Source: Tubiluchus corallicola | Lineage: Eukaryota > Animalia > Priapulida | Reading direction: 5' to 3' | Assembly (NCBI GenBank): GCA_030141605.1 | Contig: JAQGDQ010000078.1 | Coordinates: 434,001 to 498,000 of the forward strand | DNA length: 64,000 bases | Shown: positions 1 through 10,600 of the stretch, in pieces | Position numbering within the stretch: the first letter of the stretch is position 1 | How the letters are laid out: the number at the start of each line of letters is the position of its first letter | The notes under the pieces: generated by a model | Told to the model about the DNA's origin: nothing | The model's database searches: none | Seen by the model: only the letters and a program-made list of their open reading frames with translations | Translations under genes and position numbers: made by a program

Positions 1-669
1 GCAGTTGAGCAAAAAAAGCTGAATCATTTTTAAAATGTAGAATTTTATTTATATTCCATTATATGAATACCATAAAGTGATAACAAAATTATATAATAAA
101 ATACAAAAAAAACAAAAATCAGACATTGAGTCATCGTCTTAGCAATGTTATTTAAACAGTTGGTCATCATTAAAGAAGGCAGGAAGTCAGCAAAGACTAT
201 CAAAAGCAGTTCAGTTCACTGTGGCCACCCTCCACTTACTGATGAATCTCGGTGTTGCTTTACTTTTGTAGCCAAGCACACACCGTGTCCTACTGCGGTG
301 ACACGCGTTTAGATCTAACCGTTCAACTAGAGTTTTGTTAAACGTGTGTGAAGGTCGTACGGCTCTAGTTGAACTAAGCCTTCCCAATTAGTTAACAAGC
401 ACTTTTCGCAAACGCGTATTAGTATTTCCCGATTTCGATTTGAGACTGACTTGAAAATTATCGATCCACAACTTCTTGGGCAACAAAAATAAAAATGGGA
501 GTGTATATTTTTTGTCTAATAATGTAATAACGAATTAATGTCACCGTATCCGTAATAATACAAATTTGGACTAAAACTTGTTACTCTTTTGATTGTTACC
601 CCGTTAATATATTATATAAAAATATTGGTCAATAAATCTACTACTGCTAGTATAATGCTCCTGCTGCTG

Positions 670-765
<96 letters not shown>

Positions 766-882
766 TTACTACTACTACTGCTACTACTACTACTACTACT
801 TCTACTACTACCGCCACCACTACTACTACTGCCACTACCACTACAACTGTTACTTCTACTACTACTACCACTACCACTACTA
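670..882 (+). repeat. (ACT/CTA)n trinucleotide tract, probably a former poly-Thr coding stalk
   Basis: Pure CTA repeat that degenerates at the 3' end mostly into ACC/ACA/GCC/TCT codons in the ACT frame. Confidence 0.9.
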
Positions 883-1571
883 GGTATGAAATTGTAAGTA
901 ATTAGCAGACTGACAATGTGCATGCAGTTACAACAGAAACCTGCAGTCTTTGCAGCTATTCGCTAGAAATTCTTCAAAATAATCAAAGGATTACACTTGT
1001 AAAGTTTCAAGTACTGATATCGCTTACGGCCAATCAGCTTTTTCGTAATAAAAATGGGCGTGTCTTTACTTTCCCAAGCCAGTTGAGCATTCGCTTATAA
1101 ATTAATAAAGCCGGGCAATATCTTGCTTACCCTGGGGCAACGCTGAAGTGAAGGTAGTTGCTAAGCAGTAACCGTCATTAGGTCGAATAAAAATGAGTTT
1201 AGTGAGTAAACGCAAAGAGCGGCGTGTAAATGAAGCCAGATACGGCCTGGCGTGGCTTCTATTGATCGTACCGCGTGTGCTGTACGCGCGCTACCTACAA
1301 TGTTTGTTCGACACAGTTACGTTGTCGCGAACAATAACACCCTGAAGTGCATGCTCTTCACAATCTCATAATTACGAACAAATATCATAGGCGGATTTAG
1401 TTAGAATTATCTCTGCGGGCAACACCGAAGTTATGTGTTGCCAGGCAATGAATACAAACCCATTTGGTTTTGCGTACAATCAGATGTCTCCACTTTGGTG
1501 GTTCGTTGAATTCTCGCGCTAGCCAAGAAACGCGACTTATGTTTTTTAGAGAATCGTATGCTCCTGCTAAA

Positions 1572-2125
1572 TTAAAGAAAACGACAAACCTTCTGGGTAG
1601 TTAGGCTTATTTCAATGTTTGCAAAAATTGTTTCAAGAATTTGGTAATGAAAGGGTGATAAGCACCTCGTGCAATTAGTAAAATCACTTTAACGTCGCAA
1701 TTATTTCATGCTTGGGCGCTCCCTTTTTTCCACCAATGACACATCATTCAACAACTGAAGAAAAGTATCCTAAAGTATACTTCTAAAGTATAGTAAGTTT
1801 TTACAAAAAATTTAATTGTCTTTTTGTCATATTTTTGCGTGAGCATATGAGTAAGCTGTAGAAACTTGAGTTAGTTCAAACAGCGTGCGCTTACGGAAAG
1901 AGACGATACGTTTACGAAAAGACACGAAATCCACCAGTTTTGTCATAAATTTCAAGTGAATGGCGGCTACCACCCCACCTGAAAATTCCAATACAGTGGT
2001 AGTACAAAGTAATTTTTTGCATTTTAGGCAGTTTTTTTACAAATTTCTTTGTTATATTTTGCTCAGTTTTAAGTGATAACTGTAAAATAAATGCAACATG
2101 CTAAGTGACTTGTCCTTTCCTTTAA
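1572..2125. mobile_element. TTAA-flanked non-autonomous DNA transposon (Kolobok-like MITE, family A)
   Basis: Left end TTAAAGAAAACGACAA versus reverse complement of right end TTAAAGGAAAGGACAA (14/16 match). A homologous copy lies at ~8650-9162. Confidence 0.65.
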
Positions 2126-2348
2126 TTGTTCGCCTGTTTCTTTCGTTTGTATCAAGAACACGAATAAGGCCAGTCTTAATCGGTGTGTGATTACACTATT
2201 CAAGGTTGTAAAACCCCTGTGCAGTTTTAAATATTTGTAAATTTGGACATATATACGCTACCGAATTGAGCTGTAAAAAACATTGAATTTTATAAGCTTG
2301 GTGTTTCTCGGTTTGCGGTTTATTTGCTGTTGACCAGGGGTACGCTTT

Positions 2349-2384
2349 CTAGCTGATGAAGACCGAGAGACCGAAAGCTTCTAG
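2349..2384 (+). ncRNA. Minimal type I hammerhead ribozyme motif in a Penelope-like pseudo-LTR fragment
   Basis: CTAG-CTGATGA-AGACCGAGAGACC-GAAA-GC-TT-CTAG: intact core boxes, palindromic AAGCTT stem III and CTAG/CTAG stem I; stem II is degenerate. Followed by AATAAA and TTTGACTACA, as in the copy at 55475. Confidence 0.55.
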
Positions 2385-2639
2385 TCTGAAATAAACTTTT
2401 TGACTACAGAGCAATGTTGTGGACTTTTGTGAATTGGAAGTGTCAAAAGAGCACTCAGTTACACAGAGAATATTCCTAGTTTTTTCACCATTTCAAAATT
2501 TTATTAATAGTGTTCATCTTTTTTTAAAAAGTCATTTACTTTCAAATGATTGATTAATTTCAAAGTATGCAGTTTAACCAAGTTCCATTGCTTTTCACAA
2601 GTTGTTCACATGTTATGCTTATGATACGCCATCTTCTAC

Positions 2640-2990
2640 AATATCAAAACAATATAAAACATGTTAAAGGACTGCTGCGTCACTCTGCCTATAAGAACAA
2701 GAATGATTGGATCAGCAAATTTTATTGTTAATTATATATGCCACCAAGCTGATGTGCAACTTTACAGTAGAATATTTAGAAGATGGCATGATTTATTGAT
2801 GTAGTAATCGCCGGCTTTCTAACTGATGCTTTGTATTTTAACTTCTCTATATACTTTTATTATATATTTTTTTGTAAATTTTCGTAGCTTTTAATAGTAC
2901 ATGACATGTAGTGTTTCTTAAATTTTAGTGTAAATTCTTATATGACATTTTTACGTGCTGAAATAAACTTTAAATAAAAATTAAAAAAGT
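2640..2990 (+). mobile_element. LINE-like 3' tail fragment; reverse-oriented copy at ~10050-10200
   Basis: 2850-2985 is the reverse complement of 10050-10200 (GTACATG.CATGTAGTGTTT, GTGCTGAAATAAACTTTAAATAAA) and ends in AATAAA plus an A-rich tail. Confidence 0.5.
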
Positions 2991-5249
2991 AAGTTACTTA
3001 AGAAACTTTACTCGAAGAAAAGCAAACTGTGTTCTTTCGTTGGCTCATTTAAAATTGTTACTGCTGTCCAAAGAAGATTTAAAACTATTACAATAAAGAC
3101 GCACCACTCAAGAATTCCACATAAGGTGAAAACGTTTCGAAAAATATTTTCTGCCATTATAAGACTGAGAGCAACAGCCCAGCGACCCAGACAATAACCG
3201 ATAGCTGTGTTTTCCTGAACAAAAAATTGTTAGTTGTTCAATTAAATAATTGGAAGCAATTGAAAAGTTCGAATTCTAAGTCTTTTTTCTTGCCAGCTTA
3301 TCAAAAAAATGGAAAAACTAAAACGGTCTATAGCGGAACTAGTTCTTTTGTTGCCATTTTATCGAAGACTGAAAAGCTAATGCGGACAAGTCCTCTTATT
3401 GTTAATTTATTCAAGATTTTCCCATTTTTCCCAACACGCAAAGGAACGTTAGTTAAACTTTCCAAACTTTCTATTGACTATTGACAATTCTATTCGTACA
3501 ATTGAAGTGACATTTCCTGCCTGTGTGTTATATATGAAACAAAATAAACCAACAACAGACTTGAGTAAAACCAGCATTTGCAGGACCGCTTTCCGAATGT
3601 CAAATTTGTTTGATGAAACGGCACAGCCGTGCATGAAATTGCATCATATTTAATGGAGAGATACATGATATCATATCATTGCGAATACATCATAACACAG
3701 CCATGATTAACAAACAGCGTCCTATTGTCTGTCTGCAGTTTTTTCACATTTACATATCACTATTGAGATAATGTCTGAATTACCCAGTAACGAGTTGTCT
3801 AACGAGCGCTGTCGTTTGAGAAAATATCACACGCTATTGAGGATTTCTTAGAAGCCATGCAATGTGTCTATGGTCCAGTGAACATTCATTTGAGTGTGGC
3901 AAGGCATTTGTTACGGGGGAAATAAGAGTAAGTCTACTCCTGTTTGCTAATAGGGAATCGTTATTACAGCATGGTTTCATTTTATCTGATTTCGTATTCT
4001 GCTTGATATAAATTGGATATTCAGCTGTCTCGGATAGCTTCACATAAATAGTCTTTTGGGAGTGTCACGTGAGCGCTCAAAAGCCGTATACATGTACAGC
4101 TGCGAATAAATTGATTTTGATTTACGTCCGAGCCAAAACAGACAGCGCATGAGATAAACAAATTTTCGAGGTATAATATTATAACGCTGCTGGGTCCTCG
4201 CCGCCAGAGGGTCTGATTGGTGGCTTCCCTAGTCGGTTTGTTCCCTCGTTTCTCGAAGGTCAAGTAGTCCGGTTTCACTGCCAGGATGATGAAAACTTTA
4301 TAAAGTCAGATTGAGATTTGTTGAAGTAAGCTTGTCAGTAAACATGTCTGTCTACTTTATACTGGTTCTCTTTACGTAACAGATGCTTACTATTCCATAG
4401 CGACTCTTTTATACTTGTTATTCAACGTCACTATGCAATGTCTTCGTACGGATAAGACCATCACAATGTAGAAGTGGGTCAAAATATATAGCGTTTCACC
4501 CCCGTAACATTATATAACACTGAGGAGAAAACAAAATTGAAGGTGACGGGAAAAATTATAACTGAAAGTTTCTCATTTGGGTTGAGTTTTACATGCCCTG
4601 CGGCAGGGAGACGCGGACTTGTACGGAGGAAGACCTTAAATACAAGACAACAGTTTTTAGCACTTGGCAGTAGCAACAGAGACCACTGATGCCGAAGTAC
4701 GTATTGATGCGATCGTGACTTGCGTCCGTAAACTCATTGCCAGGAGCCCTGAAAAGTTTTAGCGCCAAGCAGGCAGGCATACACTCACACCAGTACATGC
4801 ACGCACTGCACTACATCTCGAACAAAAGCAATAATTAAAAGTAATGACGAGAAATTTCTCTCTAGCGACTGATAACGACGACAATTGCGAACCAATTCAT
4901 CTGATATCACGATTCACGAACCTCAAGACGTTGGTAAGACTGATTGGGTCTTATATGGGCAAGCTGTATTCATTGTAGAATGAAGAGCAATGATATTTGC
5001 ATTTTTTGTCAATGTCTTATGATTAATTTACTTTTCATTATCTAAGGTTTGTCGTCTTTGTCACTTCTGACAGAAAACCTCATCTTAAAAACATACGCAT
5101 GAGTCTTCAGTGGTACTGAGTTTGTCACCTTTCAATATTTATCTTCCGTTATAAGTACAAAAGGCAAAATGGAATGTGTTTGACATTAAGTTTTCAAAGC
5201 ATGAGAAAGCAAGTGAACTCATGAAGAAGATTTAGAGCCATTTTGAACA

Positions 5250-5366
5250 CCTGTTACTGTTGTTGTTGTTGTTGTTGTTGTTGTCGTTGCCGATGTTCTT
5301 GTGTTGTTATTGTTGTTCTCGTTGTCGTTGCCGATGTTGTTGTTGTTGTTGTTTATGTTCTTGTTG

Positions 5367-5404
<38 letters not shown>

Positions 5405-5492
5405 ATTGTTGTTGTTGATGATAATGATAATGTTGTTGTTGTTTTCATCGTCATCGCTGCTGCTGTTGTCGTTGTTGTTATTGCTGTTTTTG
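5250..5492 (+). repeat. Compound (GTT)n/(GCT)n microsatellite
   Basis: Seen directly; explains the homopolymer ORFs at 5219-5753. Confidence 0.9.
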
Positions 5493-6999
5493 ATCATTAA
5501 CAATTTTTTCCGTGTAATAGGAAAAAAGCTGTTGACATGTTGGCATGTTCTCATTACTCATTTAAAGCTTTTGCACAGTGTAAAAATGATCGAAAATGAT
5601 AATAGCAGTGACGATGACTTTGTGACACATATTAACTGCTTCAACCTACATACTGTAGCGTCATTTCTCTTTGTTGGCGATTGCTGTATTCCTAGTTTGT
5701 ACCGAAATGAATTCGTTCTTCAGGGCGGACAAACAGACACACTGCCCTACTAAAAAGTGGCCTTTAATAAAAACGTTAGATTAGAGTTTTGCATACCAAA
5801 AGCATATCGCAATCGCTCTCATAGTAAGCCATCAGTTACTTTGTTTTATCATCCCATAAGTCTGATTTTTATTATCCAATACTAAAAAGAACAAATACTT
5901 AAAAGCGCTTCAGTCAAATCATTTGTCTCCGGGTTACACTATTGATTACTGCACATTGTAAGCACGCGGGAGCATCTTATCTCTCTGACTTTCTTGGCGA
6001 ATGAATTATTCATAATTCAGTTCTTTAAAATATTTTTCTATTTAAACCATGGAGAGCGATACATATTGCATTCGTATGGTCCGTTCTGCTCAGACCGTTT
6101 GTGACTCTGAATTTCACAATGTAAGCGACTTTGGAACTTGAATTTGTAACACACTTGCGTAGTTATATCTGCCAATGCACAATGTCGTATGGGGGGGGGG
6201 GGGTAGGTCAACGACAGTGGCAAAATTCTTAGTAAAGCTCTAGACTTTTGAGCACGGGATATTTTGCTGCTCGTTTTAAAGTTTTTCACCTTGAAGTCTG
6301 GTTAGCCAAACGGAGAAAGGTGTGAAGTGTGAATACAGTTCAACACAAATGGCTTGCGCAAAGGAGAATTATACTTTACTAGGAAAGCGAAAACTTATTT
6401 GCCAAAGGGAAGCCTATACAGCAGTGCCATTGTTGTCCATTCACTATTGTACAATGCCGTCGGGTGTGGACGCTTTCAGTAAAATGGTATATTATACCCT
6501 TTGCTAGCGAGCACAAAAACAACGATAGAACAGAACGGTTACCGTACAGAAATTACCATGCCTTCAAAATTTTGTGTACAAATCCCGTCCGTCTTGCTCA
6601 GCCAGCCTGCAATCTGAGGGAAGGGCCGCGACTCGAAGAATTCAAACATTTCCAACACGTATTGGGCACCCACGTTTTAGCGTCCCCTTTGTCTTTCTGA
6701 GCAACACCTTGGCGTTCAGCGTGTGTGAGACACGGTAAATTTTCAGGTCATTCATGTTGATAGAAAGAAGTTTCCCAGAGTTTTCAAATCACTACTTCAA
6801 CCACACCCCGAGATTTCAGGCTGTCACACTAAACACTGATGACTATTGTTTCAACAAGACTTTGATGTAATAAATTGTTCTGTAAACACAGCGCAGTGTG
6901 GTGGTAATACTTCTTTGAAGAAATGCAAGTGTCTGGGTGGTTTTCAATTCACTAAAGCTAACATTGCACACAGAAAAGTATTTGCCTTGGCTGCGTATT

Positions 7000-7520
7000 C
7001 TAGGATCACAAACATCTTAGAAAATCCGAATCTCATCACCTAAACTAAATTACATATTTTGCCTTCACTTGTAGAACCTGTATTCTTATATAATACTGAA
7101 ATGTGGAGAGTCAAATTTACCCAGGAAAATGAAATCAGCACCTTCTAATGGCGTCTGTGTAGAAAGCATTTGAATATAAAATGCCCAAAGAAAATTTCAT
7201 ATCAGGATCAGTATCATTTAAGGAACAAGAAGGAATGGAGTGAGGTCATACAAAAGCATCGGCTTAGATAGATTGGAGTCGTTTTGACATGTCGTTAGAT
7301 TACCACAGGATTCTCCAGTTACTACAGCATTACATCAAGCACTAATACCTGGGAAGAAGCCAAGAGGAAGACAGCTGATCATGTATTTGGGTGTTCTGAA
7401 GAAAGACTTATCCAATACGCCACTTGATTTAAACAGCGCAGATACTTGGCATGTGGCAACAGTTCAGAGAACATGCCATCAAATTATGAGTGGTGCTATG
7501 CCGTAAAACGGAAACACATA
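7000..7520 (+). mobile_element. Degenerate non-LTR retrotransposon (RTE-like) ORF2 3' end
   Basis: Translates with stops to LYNTEMW...ISTF*WRLCRKHLNIKCPKKISY...WSEVIQKHRLR*IG, resembling the RTE C-terminal pattern LYG.ETW...LRRIL.I.W...RLRW.GH. Confidence 0.6.
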
Positions 7521-7636
7521 AGACGACACTATCTATTAGTTATTGTTTTTGTACCAGCTAAGAAAAGGTATATACCACCCTGCATAATAAGTAGTATATA
7601 TATGTTACTTATTCGTTTTTTTTGTTTTCTTTCCAG

Positions 7637-10600
7637 TATGCGTGGGCACAACATTAACACAGGTGGTGCCATCAGTCAGGCTGCATGGAGGTACAGAGAA
7701 AGTGGGCAGACTGCAAATCAAGCATCCCGAGGATGACACTAGGTGGCGGGACGTGTGTGTCAATAGTTTTGAGAATAAATATGCAGGTCTGTAACGCCAA
7801 AGTACAAAAAAATTATTTAATTAATGATAGATTGTTCTGATTTGGTAAACCTGATTTATAACTTTAATGGAAAAAAATTACTAAAAAGTGTAGATCAATA
7901 TATCCGTGTTTTCAGGGGTATTTTATACACAAATCCTCCCCCATCATAATAATTTAGCTAGACAAATGAACGAATGAAAGCATGAAAGAACGAATACACA
8001 AACAAGCGAAAAAAAAGAGCCAATAAAGCAACGAAAAGGAGAATAAATGAAAAAGAATTAGGGTAGAATGAAAAGAAAAAAGTGAAAAAACTCACAAAAA
8101 GACGCAAAAATGAAGATAGCGAAGAAAGGCCAGAAAAAACGAAGAAGGAAAGAAGAAAAACAAGCAAGAAGCAAGAAACAAGAAAAGGAGGTAAAGATGA
8201 GAGGAGGAAAACAAAAACGAAGAAAGAAGGAAGAAAAAGTGAAAGTAGGTAAAAATGATGTAAAGAAGGAACAAATCAAATTGTAAGAAACACAAGAATG
8301 ACGAAATACACAAAATGGCACAACGAGCGAACAAATAAACAAGACATTTGAACAGATTACTTGAATGATCAGCTAATAGTATTCATAGTAGGAAAAGATG
8401 GGGATCACGTACAGTTATTATGAAACATTTGTTATTAACATCTTTGACTTTAATTTTAACCTTATAAATTTTGATACCTTAAGAACAATAATATCTCTGC
8501 AAAGCTACTGAAATAAGCTGCATGCTACTTGCTAGTAAAGTACATGCTACAGAGCACTATGTTACGCTAGAAATAAGCAGGAAGTGTACATACATTGTTG
8601 GTCCAATATTGAGTACAGAAATGTCAGCAAAAGTCAGTTAAATCAGAAGTTCAAGGAAAAGCCAAGTTTATTTCAAAATCCGCGAAAAATATTAGAAAGA
8701 TGTAGTATAAAAGTGTGATAAGTGCCTTGGTTAATTAGTAAAATCGCATTAAATTTCACAGCCTGGGCGCTCCATTTTGAACACCATTTTTCCACCAATG
8801 GCGTCGTTCGTCGACTCCAGAAAAGCAGCGCACTATCAATTTGTGTCAAAGATATAAGAAGTTTTTGTAAAAAAAATAGACAACTAATTTTATATGTGAT
8901 ATTCCTGCGTGAATTTAAACTATTTTAACTGGCCCACGCTTACGGAAGGCCACAGTGTGCTTACGAAAAGTCAGAAAGACACCAGTTACGTCATAATTTC
9001 CAAGTAAGTGGCAGCAACCACCGCACCCGTACAGCAGTAGTTTAAATTTAATTTACTTTCTACAGTCAGTTTTTTGCAAATTTTTTTTGCAATATTTTTC
9101 TAAGCTCAAGTGATAGCAGTAAAATAAACTCGATATGCTAACGGACTTGTCCCTTCCTTTAAACTTCAAACATAACAAAAACGTACATACTCTGCAAGTT
9201 CTGCCTATACACAATGTATTATTGAAAAAGTATTCTAGTTCGCAATATTACAGTCTAACATATTTCATATGCCACTACTTGAGAAGAGTCACGGCGCAAA
9301 GCATTTGTACCTGCATCATTGATTATTTTTTTAATCTACAGATCTAGTATGTAGAGAATTAGGCTATGACGTCGGTGGATCATTCTGGCACTACCCAATC
9401 AAAAGCGAGAAGATAGTCACAGTAGGGCCTTGTGAGGCAGAGTCGTTAGTTTCATTGAGCGCTTGCAATGTCTCGACAGAGGTGGGCTCAGACGTGATGG
9501 CTTGCGAGAGGTGTCACGGAGTTGGCATCGCTTGTGGACGTAAGTAAATGCGTGCGTGCGTCATAGTCATTATAATTGTCGCCATCTTTGTCATACACTC
9601 TGATATCAGTTGCGTGTTTAAAGAAAAGTGCTTAAAGAACAAATCTCTAAACATAGTTTTAAGCAAGTTAATGACAATTTGTCGCAAAATGACGTTTGTT
9701 ATTCTTTTGAATTCCTCATTGTTCAACTATACATTATTTTATCTGCAGTCCTCAGCAAGTGATGTTATAAACATCTGTAAATTTTGTGTGGTTGTTAGTT
9801 GCTTGCTACATGGTGTATATGTACATATTTGACGATTATCATTACAACATCCAGCGTCATTCCTGTCATTAATTTGTAATTGTCATCAGTGCCGTTAGTG
9901 TCGTCATTACCACCGTCATTATTAGCACCTATTACGACAGTTCCAATAACATTGGCTTTCCTCATTTTTATCTATCCCGCCTTCGTGGTAGCAGATGTCT
10001 TGTCGTCATCTTCAACAAAGACAAGATAACAGTGATCATCAAAAAACTTTAAATTTTTATTTATTTATTTAAAGTTTATTTCAGCACATAGAAAATGCTA
10101 TAAGAAGTTAAAAATTTACACCAAAAAATTAATAAACACTACATGGCATGTACTATTAAGAGATCTACAAATATATACAAAAATATAATAAAAATATATG
10201 CGTTAAAATATATGTTTGTTTGCAATAGATAACTTGCGGTTATCTAAGATAGACGCAGAATCTGACAACGATGCCTTTAAGACGGTTCTGCAGGTATACT
10301 TGAAAGACAAATGGCGAGCTCTCTGCTATAACAAGAAGATTCTGAAAAACCAGGCTTTGGGTGACGTTCTGTGTAAATCATTAGGACAAAAAGAATTTGT
10401 GGTCTGGAATAAAGCTTTCAGTAACCCTGATGTGTTTACAAAAAACTACAATGGTGAAAAAGCAGTTCTGGATCAGGTAACAGTTTTACGTGCTTACATA
10501 ATAGTTGTATTAGACAGTAGTTTAGGGTTTTACATTGCATTAATTGAAAAATAATTTTTAGCATACAAGACAGACAGCACTTGTTAAAAATCTTTACATC

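Larger units (their letters stand above)
242..4933 (+). pseudogene. Decayed mosaic extracellular protein gene (signal-like start, Thr-rich stalk, CUB, sushi/CCP and SRCR-like modules), interrupted by stop codons and TE insertions
   Basis: ATG at 242 reads MNLGVALLL*. The ACT-frame poly-Thr tract (670-880) is in frame, across one TAG, with ORF 918-1100 (LCSYSLEILQNNQRITLVKF, CUB-like). ~1240 gives DTAWRGFY*SY (CUB end) and ~1410 NYLCGQHRSYVLPGNEYKPIWFC (sushi). Frame +1 from 4060-4390 reads ECHVSAQKPYTCTAANKLILIYVRAKTDSA*DKQIFEV*YY then PPEGLIGG..FLEGQVVRFHCQDD..AC..YWFSLRNRC (CUB then sushi). ~4700-4910 has DAIVTC..NCEPIHLI (SRCR-like). GTAAG donor at 4934. Confidence 0.5.

Noticed and set aside
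589-923. Poly-Leu/Ser/Val ORFs
   Set aside because: Alternative frames of the CTA repeat.
5219-5753. Poly-N/C/V/L ORFs
   Set aside because: Microsatellite artefacts.
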